Shown: positions 36,759 through 49,255 of the stretch, piece by piece
Layout: each line of letters starts with the position of its first letter
Position numbering within the stretch: position 1 is the first letter of the stretch
NCBI GenBank assembly: GCA_951406725.2
Contig: OX597819.1
Coordinates: 15,562,001-15,626,000 of the forward strand
Length of the DNA stretch: 64,000 bases
Direction: 5' to 3'
Origin: Octopus vulgaris
Taxonomy: Eukaryota
Position numbers and translations under genes: made by a program
The notes under the pieces: model-generated
Databases searched by the model: none
Told to the model about the DNA's origin: nothing
The model's input: only the letters and a program-made list of their open reading frames with translations

Positions 36759-39134
36759 TAAAGATCTCATTGTCTCAATCTTCATTTCAGCTTAAAATAT
36801 AAAATTCATGATCAACCGCACAGCTCCATACTGAGTTGGAATCTTGTTGATAAGGTTGTAGTTTGGATTCCCAGACCAGACAGGGTGTCATGTGCTTGAA
36901 CAAAAAATTTCATTTCATACTGCTCCAGTCTACTAAGCTAAAAATAAACACTAGCAAAAACTGGAGGAAGGAGGAGTAAACCTAGTGAGAGACTAGCGTA
37001 CCATCCATGGGGAAATCTTTCACTCACACTTATATGAAAACTGAAACCTTCACTAGCTTAATGTGCCTAAGCCTCTCCACTGAAGCCTCAGGCTAGCCAA
37101 AGATTTGTGTGAAGATGTAGTAAATGGAAGTGCAGTCATAGGATTGCAGTTTCAATTCCCAGACCGGGCGTTGTGAGAGTTTATTGAACGAAAACACCTA
37201 AAGCTCTGCGAGGCTTCGGTAGGGGGTGGTGGCAAAGCCTGCTGTAATCTTTCATCATGGCTTTCTCTTACTCTTTCTTCCTTTTACTTTTCTACCTGTA
37301 TTTCAAAGGGCCAGTCTTGTCACACTCTGTGTCACGCTGAATCTCCCTGAGAACTATGTTAAGGGTACACATGTCTGTGGAGTACTCAGCCACTTGCACG
37401 TTAATTTCACGAGCAGGCTGTTCCATTGACCGGATCAACTGGAACCCTCACCATCATAACTGACAGAGTGCCACGATGAGTAGATGGAAACTGAAAGAAC
37501 CCCATCATGTGTACGTGTGTGTGTGTGTGTGCTTGAGTCTTCTTGTCTTGACATCATATGGCAGTTATTAACTAGTATCACTCTCATACAACCAGTATCA
37601 TTGATTTCCAATTTTCTGTCCAAACACAGCTGCAGGGAAATATTACCTTGCTTGGAAACAGGTTAAGGGTTGGCGACAGGAAAGGTATCTAGCTGTAGTA
37701 AATCTGCTTCGGAGAAACTGACTTATGCAAGCATGGAAAAATGAGGAGGAGGAATAGAGGAAGATATAAACACACACAAATACACGCAATACATAAACAC
37801 AAACCAAAACTCTGTTCACAGTCTCAGTAAATATTAAATAATAATGGTGTCAAAGGTGACAGGTTACATACTGAAAACTCACAAATAAAAAACATTTAAA
37901 AGACAAACAAAAATTTAAGAAATTTGTTATTTGTTCATGTTATTGTTTTATGTTTAATGAGTTTTTACCTTTTTCTATTTTTTTTTTTGTTTTGTTCTTA
38001 TTTTTTTGGTTACTACTTAGCCCTAGGCCTACTCTGAACATGGAGACCTATGACTGCGGATATTCCAACCCATAACAATTTCTAGCAAGTCAATCAACAG
38101 CATAGGGGCCTCCCCTCGTTGGTTCAATGTAAATTTAGCTATTGTAATTATGAGGGATATTGCTGCTGGGTACACTGTTTTTGTTGTTGTTACATGTACA
38201 ATCTAACAACAATAATTCAAGAAAGCCATGGTGACTCTCCAGTAAGAACTGATACATCAAGCTGTCAGACAGAAGTCTGGTTCTGGCAGTCCAGTTGAGT
38301 TTTTAGAGAGATGATGGTGAGAAATGGAGGGAGGGAGAGATAGAAAGAGAGAAAGGGAAGGAGAGGGAAAGAGATGAGGCAGTGATAGAGCAAGGGAGAC
38401 ATACAAACACATAAAGAACATCAGAAACATAGCATGTATTAATATATACATATATATACACTAACCTTTAAAGGTATTTTCTAATATGCTGGCCATTGAT
38501 AAAATTTTTTTGGAGAAGTTTTTTCGAAAAAAGTTTTATCCTACATTAGATATATATACACACATATATTATATATAAATATATGTATATACAAGCATAT
38601 GTACACATTCACATATACACACATACATACACGTATAATTGGGTGACCTCCTTCAGTCATGACTGACTATGGGATTGCACCAAGAAAGTTACCCTCTGAG
38701 GCACAAGTGCGAGCAAGGTTGTTTATGAAAGAGCAGCCTTGTCTTTTCATGCCACCGATGTTATCCAAGAGAAAGGCAAAGGGGTCGATACAGCTTGGCA
38801 CCAGTGACCTCACAACTCATTTCTACAGCTGAGTGAACTGGAGCAACATGAAATAAAGTGTCTTGCTCAAAAACACAACACGCATAATTTGAAAATACAA
38901 TCCATCAAATTCATTCTCAGCCAGGGCCAACTCCCTTTTTGAATCCTTGTTTTTATCACGTACTGCATTATTTAATGTGGCCTTTCCTTTTTAAGCAGGG
39001 TGTGAGAAAGATGCAACACAATTCAAACTCAGAACACAAAGGAATGTAACTTAATTCAGTCTGGAGCACTACAACTCTACCATTTCTGCCAAACTCAATC
39101 AACGAGCTGTGACCATCCCTACAGACTGTCTTAA

Positions 39135-39355
39135 CCCTTTCGTTACTGAATTTATTTTGAGATGCTCAGGGTTTCTTCCAATTATTTTAAATATAACAAA
39201 GAATTAAGTAAAATAACATCATTATCATTAAGCTAGAGTTAGGGACATAAATTGTGACTAAGGTTTGGTGGAAGGTTTTAATTCAGAACTTTTGAAAACC
39301 AGACATTTGTACTAAAGAGCCAGAGCCAGTTTCAGCCGGGTTAGTAACGAAAGGG
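39135..39355. mobile_element. piggyBac-type MITE family A
   Basis: TTAA|CCCTTTCGTTAC...GTAACGAAAGGG|TTAA. Related copies at about 1111-1339, 1363-1515, 32915-33140 and 33165-33369. Confidence 0.85.
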
Positions 39356-40310
39356 TTAAGATTTGGACCCTGTTATATAAACATTAGAATATTCAAATCT
39401 TACTGAGTGGCTGTATTGGTCAAGCTATATAGTTTGTGTGATGTGAGGAAGGTTTGCCAAGAGACCAAGTAGAGGTTGCCTCAAACTATCCCAGTTCCTC
39501 TAAAGGGTCGTTAAGATAATAGTAACTCCTTAATTAAGCACAAAGCTGTAAAAAACATTGGAAGAAGGTTTCTCCATACATTTCCCGCATCCTAGTTTTC
39601 AATTAAGTGTGTGTGTGTGATTTGAGAAAGATCTGTTTGCTATTTCTAGCAAGTCAGGTGATGTAGCAGGTCTCCTCATTGGCTCATTTGACATGCAGGT
39701 AGTAACATTTAGTGATGGTCAGTTATGAATAGAACGAACAAGGGGTGCAGTGAGAGTAGGAAGATATTTTCACGGCCAGTGATGAGAAGAGACAAGTCAA
39801 GTGACCACCCAGAATGAAAAATGGAGAAGGCTATTAATACAATGTTCGTATAATTGCTTGGCCTACACAATAGGAGACCACATATACATACATATATATA
39901 TATATCTATAAAAATATATACATACATGTATACATCCATGTGTGTGTGTATAGTAAGAGAGAGAGAGAGTAATGGCCCTTGTCCAAAGAGTTTACTACAC
40001 TAGTTGACATCTTGCCAGTGGCTGTTACTGTTGCCATGACAACAACAAAGATTTACATATATATATATATTTATATATATATATATTTATATACACACAC
40101 ACACAATTAATAAGAGGAATGACCACTAAAGTGGCTTCCTAATATGCTAAAGATAGATGTCAAATTGCTTTACCATTCTCTTATTAATTGTAATGTAATT
40201 TTTAAATCTTCGGATTTTTTTTTTTTAATATGCTAGACCACTGGTTTAAATTGATGTTAATTGATTGATATCAATTTCTACCCTCATTAGATTATTTATT
40301 TATATATATC

Positions 40311-40363
<53 letters not shown>

Positions 40364-40746
40364 TTAAAAGAATTTTTATTTGTGAAGAGAAGTGAAGGTG
40401 GTTGTGTAAAACAAAATTAGAGATTTTGAAATTTTTATCATTGATGACATAAATGGTGATGTGGTGGTAGTAGTAGTAGTGGTAGCAACGATAGTGGTGA
40501 TTATGGTGGTGACAATGAAACTAATGGTAGTGATGATAATGATGATGATGATAATGGTACTTATACCTATAACAATGATGAAGATGATGGTGGTGATGGT
40601 AATGACAATCATGAACAGAAAATTGCAAATACAAAGCTTGAAATCATATAAAAATCTGAAATCATCTGCAAAGAATGCTATATATATTACGGAGATGTAC
40701 TTGCATAGCAAGTGACCTGATCTGAGATCGTGTGCTGGAACAAAAA

Positions 40747-41021
40747 CAATTGCAGTATGGAAGGTGTTTATAAGCCATTTAAGAAACACAAAAAACTGTT
40801 AGATTCAATTCGATATTTAAATTTAATTTGCCAAAATATTTCCATTACATTGAGACTGTGACCTGTTCACTGACAAAATTCCGTGCTGCATCTCAGTGAA
40901 CAGGTCACGGTCTCAAAGTGACAAAAATATTTTGGCAAATTAAATTTAAATGTTGAAGTGAATCTAACGGTTTCTGTGTGTTTCTTAAATGGCTTATAAA
41001 CACCCTTCCACACTGCAATTG
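40747..41021. repeat. Imperfect inverted repeat (about 125-bp arms), fold-back element
   Basis: CAATTGCAGTATGGAAGG...CTGTTCACTGA / TCAGTGAACAG...CCTTCCACACTGCAATTG. Confidence 0.9.
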
Positions 41022-42659
41022 CTATATATATATATATATATACATACATATCAAAAGATTTTTTTTTGTTGTCTTGCAAAGTACTTGGTGACCCTGGTAG
41101 TGCAGGTGCCACTTAAAAAGCATGCAGTCCGCACTGCAAAGTGGTTGGCGTTTGGAAGGGCATCCAGCTGTAAAAACCTTACCAAAACTGACCTCACCTT
41201 TGCTTGTGCCATGTAAAAAGCACTAAGTCCACTCTGCTCAGTGGTTGATGTTAGGAAGGGCATCCAGCTGTAAAAATCCTTCCAAAACAATCACAGAAGT
41301 CTGGTGCAGGCTTCTGCCTGGCCAGCTCCTGTCAAACTGTCCCACCCATGCCAGCATGGAAAGTGGATGTTAAACGCCAATGATGATGATTATATATATA
41401 TATATCGTAATAGCTCAAAGTTATTATGTGGGCGTATAGGACATATTTATCTGATCAGATGTGCCAAGGCCTCTATGCTATAAATTAATATGTCAGGAGC
41501 ATCCCATGAAATGGATGTATCCAATGTAACCAGGAAACCTTAAGTCATGTGAAGCTGAGTTGAACTTAATCAAAAATATTTAACTCTTACTGGACATGCT
41601 GAATGCTACTTTAGTTTGTTCACTCACACACACACACACATAATATATTGTTTCTGTTTTCAAGAGGGTAGTTGAAAATCGAACAGGGTAGGAGGTTGTG
41701 GCTTATGGGTGAGGGCAGCAAAAGAGATGACAACCAAATAGAAACAACATTTTTTGAAATGTAACAATATTTAAAGCAGAGTCAATGAGAGAAAGACTGA
41801 CAATGCCTGCATGACAACAAGAATGATCTTTTAATTTAAACAGACTGGTGTGCCGCCTGACTGGCTCCCATGCTAGTGGCACGTAAAAAGCACCATTCGA
41901 GCCTGGTCAATGCTAGTACTGCCTGATTAGCTCCCATGCTGGTGGCATGTAAAAAGCACCATTCAAGTGTGGCTGATGCCAGTGCTACCTGACTGGTTCC
42001 TGTACCGGTGGCACATAAAAAGCACCATTCAAGCATGGCCAATGCCAGTGCCACCTGACTGGCGCCCGTGCCAGTGGTACGTAAAAAGCACCCACTACAC
42101 TCTTGGAGTGGTTGGCGTTAGGAAGGGCATCCAGCTGTAGAAACTTTGCCAGATCAGATTGGAGCCTGGTGCATCCTCCTGGCTTGCCAGTCCTCAGTCA
42201 AACTGTCCAACCCATGCTGGAATGGAAAGCAGACGTGAAACGATGGTGATGATGATGATGAGACAGGTAGAGAATAAAGAATATTGTGTTATCGTCATAC
42301 TGAAAACTTGGTCTAAATGTTCGCAACAAAACAAGCTTAGCTGGAAACACTGAAATACTGAAAAACCAGATGATGACACCAAACAGTACAAGGGACCAGG
42401 TCTTAAAAGCATTAACAAGAACAGTTTGACAGGCTTCCACACAGTTTCTGCTTATCCAATTTCACTGATGATGCTTGGATCAGCGACTTATGGTTATTGT
42501 AGAAGATACTTGTGTGAGATAAGAATGAACAACAGGATAAAAGTATGCTAGGCCTTGCATGCATCAGTTGAAAATATTGCATCACAAAATGAAGAAAGTA
42601 GATTTGTAGGAACATACCTCAACAGTAAATAATAATGATGATGATGATGATGATAATAA

Positions 42660-43280
42660 TGACCCTTTCTACTACAGGCACAAGGCTTAAATTTTGGAAT
42701 AGGGAGCTAATTGATTACATTGATCCCAATACATGACTGGTACTTATTTCATTGACCCTCCCAAAACAATAACAAGTCGACCTCGGTGGAATTTGAACTC
42801 AGACCATAAAGACAGACGAAACGCTGCTGAGCATTTAGATCAACATGCAAAGGATTCTGCCAGCTTGCAATAATAATAATAATAATAATAATAATAATCT
42901 TTTCTACAAGCACAAGGCCCGAATTTTGGGGGAGAGTACCAGTCAATTAGATCAATCTCAGTACGCAACTGGTACTTAATTTATTGACCCTGAAAGGATG
43001 AAAGGCAAAGTCGACCTCAGTGGAATTTGAACTCGGAACATAAAGACAGACGAAATACCTATTTCTTTACTACCCACAAGGGGCTAAACACAGAGGGGAC
43101 AAACGGATTAAGTCGATTACATCGACCCCAGTGCATAACTGATACTTAATTTATCGACCCCGAAAGGATGAAAAGCAAAGTCGACCTCGGCGGAATTTGA
43201 ACTCAGAACATAGCGGCAGATGAAATACCGTTAAGCATTTCGCCCGGCATGCTAATGTTTCTGCCAGCTCGCCACCTTAA
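42660..43280 (-). mobile_element. Cluster of tRNA-derived SINE family 2 copies (tandem/nested)
   Basis: Head GGCGAGCTGGCAGAAACGTTAGCA...GAGTTCAAATTCCGCCGAGGTCGACTTTGCCTTTCATCC repeated three times with (AAT)n spacers. Confidence 0.85.
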
Positions 43281-45250
43281 TAATAATAATAACAATAACA
43301 ATAATAGTTACTAATATAGGAAAAAGGCCAGAAATTTGAGAGAAGGCATTAGTCAATAACACTGACTTAACTGGTACTTTATTAATTTCAGTGGGATTTG
43401 AACTCAGAACAGAGAGAGTCACAAGGGATTATGTTCAACACTAACAACTGTGCAAATACACTGCCTAAACAACTGTAAGAATAATAAATAAAAGCTTTAG
43501 CAGAAAATCACTAATTTGGGAGAGGAAGGAATTTATGAAATTAATCAACAACCGTATATAACGAGCACTAATTTTATTAACGAAGAGAGGGACAAAATAA
43601 GTTGACTCTGGTAGGGTTTGAACCCACAATGGTAACAGAGAAAATATAAGAGGCTTCACTATTAACTATATCAGAGTAGCACATTAGCAATATGAGAGTG
43701 AATGAATATATAAAGAGGATGAAAGCTACACCAGTATAACACTGGTACTTATTTCATTGACAGCAGAGTCAGCCTCAACATAATTTGGGAGGTAAGTGAA
43801 CACTGCTAGATCCTTAAATATCTCTTTTCTAACAACAGCAGCAAACTATTCAATCTGCAAGAAATAGCAATCAATTCTCCCTTGTATCACATCCTGCTGT
43901 CTTACAAAACCAAAAGAAACATTAAACAATATAGTTCTAGAAACACAGACAGGATGGTCTTAGTGAGGAAAGCCTTTAGCTAATGAGGCCCTGCTTAAAC
44001 AGGGACTTACTCAGGGCCAAACAATATCAACTTCAGACTCAAATGTTAATGAAAGAATCACTTGATTTGCAGGAAATAGCAGCCAAATCACACCCTGTTA
44101 CCTTTAAATAATGGACATAGTACACAAAGTAGTCCTCAACATACCCTGAAGGCCCCATCTTTAAGAGGTGGAGGCAAAAGAGGGGAAGGGAAGTTATGGC
44201 ATTCAAACCTTTCTTTGAACACTACTGGTATAAATTATGGAACTACAACTGGGAGAAACCTGTGGCTTTCATGCCTTTCCAAGTGTATTAGACTGTGAAA
44301 CAAAGCCAGATTGGTAAGAAGTCACTTTTTCATTGGTTTAATAACGATTCAAATTAACCGGATACAAAAGCAGAGGGGGAAACACATCTAATATAATAGA
44401 CCCACATATATTACTGGTAATATATTTTTATTACAGATGTAAGGGGAGGGGTTAAATATTTCATCAATAACATTTTTATCAATAACATTTTAACACGCAG
44501 CAAAAAAATATGTACATATATTACACACACACACACACACGCATATGTGTATTGTACTTTGAGAGGGAGGGCTATTTCACCAACAAAAACACAAGTACTG
44601 GTTGTATTTTCTTTGTATTATGAGTCAACCAATTGACTGACAATAATAAAAAGAAGTGAAATACAACCACCATTAATGTTTTTATTGGCAAAATGACCCT
44701 CCCAAACAACATCTGTTTCAACACTTAATTTTATATAAAGGATCTTAACGAAAATGTATATATATATATCAGAAACTATTTTTAGTTCATGTCACAAGAT
44801 CAACAAATATGTGCTATGTTTTTTTGTCTTTGATTTCTATGTTGCTTCAATCAGCCATTGGCTGTGAGAAAGACATAAGGACACAAGATGCTGTAGGCCC
44901 CACTTAACACATTCACATTTTCCCCTGTTTCCTCACTAATGGTTATTTCCAACAATATAAATACATGCAAAAAAAACCTTAGGCAGGTCAGTGACATCAA
45001 CACCCCAGCCTTTTATTTCATCCTTATTTCCATAAACCCTAATGTGATATGCACCCTTGACAGCTAAACTATGGAGAGCCGTGGACATAGTCTCATTCTT
45101 AGATTGTATCTTTCTATTTACTTTCATAACAGAAGTTTCTTTTATGCCCAGAAATTACAGATTGCCACTACTTACAGTCATAGTGAAGGCTGCTCCAAGC
45201 AAGCCCACCGCACCACATCATCCAAACTGCTACTGTTAGCTTCTTTTCTT

Positions 45251-45641
45251 ATTTCTTTGCTACCCACAAGGGGCTAAACAAGGACAGACAAAGGGATTAA
45301 GTCGATTACATCGACCCCAGTGCATAACTGGTACTTAATTTATCGACCCCAAAAGGATGAAAGGCAAAGTCGACCTCGGCAGAATTTGAACGTAAAGACA
45401 GATGAAATACTTATTTCTTTATTACCCACAAGGGGCTAAACACAGAGGGGACAAACAAGGACAGACATAGGTATTAAGTCGATTACATCGACCCCAGTGC
45501 GTAACTGGTACTTAATTTATCGACCCTGAAAGGATGAAAGGCAAAGTCGACCTCGGCGGAATTTGAACTCATAACGTAACGCAGACGAAATACCGCTAAG
45601 CATTTCGCCTGGCGTGCTAACGTTTCTGCCAGCTCACCGCC
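45251..45641 (-). mobile_element. SINE family 2 head-to-tail dimer
   Basis: Full copy followed by a 5'-truncated copy; same tail CCCCTTGTGGGTAATAAAGAAATA. Confidence 0.85.
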
Positions 45642-46895
45642 TTTTCTATACACACTTAGCTATTATACTTAACATTTCATCTAGCAACTTCTGATGATCT
45701 CTATGGCTCTCCTTCCCTCTTAACTGAACTGCTGTGTATAATTAGAACACTATTCTAGTCCATAGAGCCTAACAACTGACAAATACATCCAGCCACTGGT
45801 AGCCTAGGACAACAGACTGTCTACATGCATCATGGATAAAGTATCATGCCCAGCAGACATAAAATACGACTTAGCAGTGACATCTTATCCCACCAAGAAC
45901 TGCTGTAGAAACCCAAAGACACAGCAAATATATTCCTCAGAGGGCTGCAATAATTCCAGATAAGGACCAAGCGATCGTGGCCATTGCCAGCCTCCCCTGG
46001 CACCTGTGCTGGTGGCACGTAAAAAGCACCCACTACACTCACGGAGTGGTTGGCGTTAGCAAGTGCATCCAGCTATAGAAACACTGCCAGATCAGGCCGG
46101 AGAGTGGTGCAGCCTCCTGGCTTCCCAGACCCCGGTCGAACTGTCCAACCCATGCTAGTATGGAAAACGGACGTTAAACGATGATGATGACATTTAACAG
46201 TAAAACTGTGTAAAAACAGAGATAAGAACTCTATATGCTGCAGCACAAGTAACTAATCCAGAGGAGCAATAATTCTGGCTAATGACTAATACAAGGTAGA
46301 GGCAACTCTTTAACACTCTTGTGCTAAAGAAGAGACATTCAGCCTTCAGTGTTGGTTCCACTTCTTGACAGTACATCAGTGGAATCGAATGGGAAATGTG
46401 TACTTCACAAGATGTCTAAAAGGGGGGTAATTCCGAGTAAGAATAACAGTGGGATTCTTTAATCCTTCCCACATTGGACAATCTCTTTTGTGTTGACGGC
46501 ATGTTAAAATTAACCTAATACAGTCTGTGAAGTGATTGGTGGTAGAAAGGGCATCCAGTCATAGAAAGCATGAGGAAAATAGAAAAATTCAAGCAAGACA
46601 CAGATGTCACAATGCATCAAAAAGAGGGAAAATAACTATAAATAAGACCTGATACTAGGTAGGAAGAACATTTGTGTCTGGTGAGCAGGAGATAAAACAG
46701 CAGAGACTCCATGTTGTAAGACATACACAACATCAAAGTTGGATAGGTTTCTCAGTTGTTGTGTTTGAAGATAATGCAAAACAAGAGATGCAGATTTATC
46801 AAATATATACCAGGTATGGAAAACAAAAAAAAAAAAAAAAGGGGGGGGGCTTTAAATGATGGTGATATGTAGGTGTAGGTCGGGGAGTGTGTGCA

Positions 46896-46937
<42 letters not shown>

Positions 46938-47356
46938 TATTCATACCTGTACATTTATACAATACATACACATATATATACACATACACATTCATGCATA
47001 TACATTCATACAATATATATATATATGCACACACATACATTCATGATGATGATGATGATATATATATAAAACTACACATCTCAACGCTTCTAAAAAAGCA
47101 AGCTTTGTTTACGTATATCGTAATTTCACATATAACATCTATAAAAGCTTAAATTTCTAACTTCAAAAACTGCAGAAGAATTTGTTAGTTGGCAGTTTAG
47201 CTTAAAGGTAACACACTTGACCGGTAATCACAGAGATGTGAGTTTGAGTCTCATGGCTGGCCGCTAACAAATTTTTCTGCAATATAAGAATGTTCTATCC
47301 TATTTACGCTATTCAGCATTATTCTGTGTTTGAGAATAAAATATTTCCATATCTGT

Positions 47357-47398
<42 letters not shown>

Positions 47399-47465
47399 GC
47401 ACACACATCCATACATATACATTTATACATTACATACTCATATATACATATAAATATATATATAT

Positions 47466-47693
47466 TCCTTTACTACCCACAAGGGGTTAAACATAGAGGG
47501 GACAAACAAGGACAGACAAAGGGAGTAAGTCGATTACATCGACCCCAGTGCGAAACTGGTACTTAATTTATCGACTCCGAAAGGATGAAAGGCAAAGTCG
47601 ACCTTGGCGGAATTTGAACTCAGAACGTAACGGCAGACGAAATACGGCTACGCATTTCGCCCGGTGTGCTAACGTTTCTGCCAGCTCGCCGCC
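47466..47693 (-). mobile_element. SINE family 2
   Basis: Full-length copy with B-box-like GAGTTCAAATTCC. Confidence 0.88.
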
Positions 47694-47712
47694 TGTGTGC
47701 GTATATATATAA

Positions 47713-47746
<34 letters not shown>

Positions 47747-47961
47747 CAACATATATTCTGTTTTAGAGGGTGTACACCATGTCCCTTGTATCCTAAGAAG
47801 TGGCTAAATAGGTTAGTGACAGCAAGAACATCCAACTACAAAACACTGCCTCAAAAACCCCACCCAACCGACATCAGCATGAAAAAGAAGACATAAAACA
47901 ACAACGATGACATGTATGCAAGCCCCAACATCCCACTAGTATGAAAAGCTATGATGATTAC

Positions 47962-49011
47962 CTGAACTCACGGACTCACTGTCTGTACTAAACAACCAGT
48001 CAAGGCCAACTACACTACTCTGTTGGGAATTGCTAGTTTCCACTTTCTTTTCATCGGATCCCTGCAAGAGACGCATGAAACGGAAGACACCAGAATCTCT
48101 GCTCTTTGAAGATAGTGGGACACCAGATGTCACTGCTGCTCCTGTCGTAGTTGCAATTGTCGTTGCAACTGTTGTCGTAGCAACTGTACCATTTATGATT
48201 TGTGTGGTCTCAGCAATAGTACGGCCAGACCCCAGACGCTGGCCATAACTGACAGCGCCAGAGAAAGTTCGTTTATTATGCCGGATGTCTTTAAGGCCGT
48301 TGAAAATATCCCCAACATTCCTGTCTAGTGGTCCCTTGCAACTCGCTGACTGTGGCATGTGTAATGAAATTGGATAATGCTGACCCATGGCAGGGGGGAA
48401 GGATGTCCTTTGGGATGGCCTGGCTTTGATCTCTGCTAGATACATGTTTTTCTTTTCAGTGCTGGTTGCTGGTGATCTCTTGTTGATCCATTTCCAAATC
48501 TTACGATCCAATGACCGGGAACTCGATGTGTTACGGTGGTGAAATGTGCTGTCATCTGTGTTTGTATCGTCTGAATCAACATCCATACTCTCAACATTGG
48601 CCTGACGGCACAAAAGCCGTTTTGGTTTGTCGTGTTCCAAACTACTAGAATGACTTGCAGACATTCGGGAGTTGCTGCTGTCCTTACTGTCGAGAGCCAG
48701 CACTCTGGGCCTTTGACGAGAAGCAATGGCACAATCAAGCGAGCGCTGTAGCTGATGGTGTGACTGTGACCCACTGTGGTTGCCTCCTGCTACAGCTTGA
48801 CCGTACCAGCTCTCCAGCGAGCTCTTTGTTCTACGAACAGCTTTCCGCCTCTTCATACGTGGCTCCGGAGAGAGTTCACTGTCTGCATCGACGCGGTGAG
48901 AACCATCCGGGGGTGTGGTGGTGTTCGACAAGGAGCTGCTTTTGCTCAGCTGCTGTTCAACATACACTTTGGTTGTGATTTGATGGGGGAAGTTGGCTGA
49001 CAGCTCATCAT
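47962..49011 (-). CDS. pcnx: Pecanex-like protein, large internal exon (first found in window; 1050 nt, phase 1-1)
   Basis: Acceptor TTTTTGTTGCAG|ATG and donor TCAG|GTAATC. Open frame DDELSANF...RQRPRVLALDS...LDWLFSTDSESVSS; RVLALDS resembles the RVLSLDS motif I recall from PCNX. Phase joins the next exon. Confidence 0.85.
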
Positions 49012-49208
49012 CTGCAACAAAAAGAAAGTCAACAATTACTGAACAGGTTGCCCCCCCTCCATCCATCAAACCCCACGTATCAAGATACACGGACAAAGAA
49101 TATATATTTATGAATGGGTGACCGCGCATGTATGAGTGTACCATATATGTGGTGAGACATAGACACACATATACACAAAAATACATGTATATATGCATAT
49201 ACATATAC

Positions 49209-49255
<47 letters not shown>

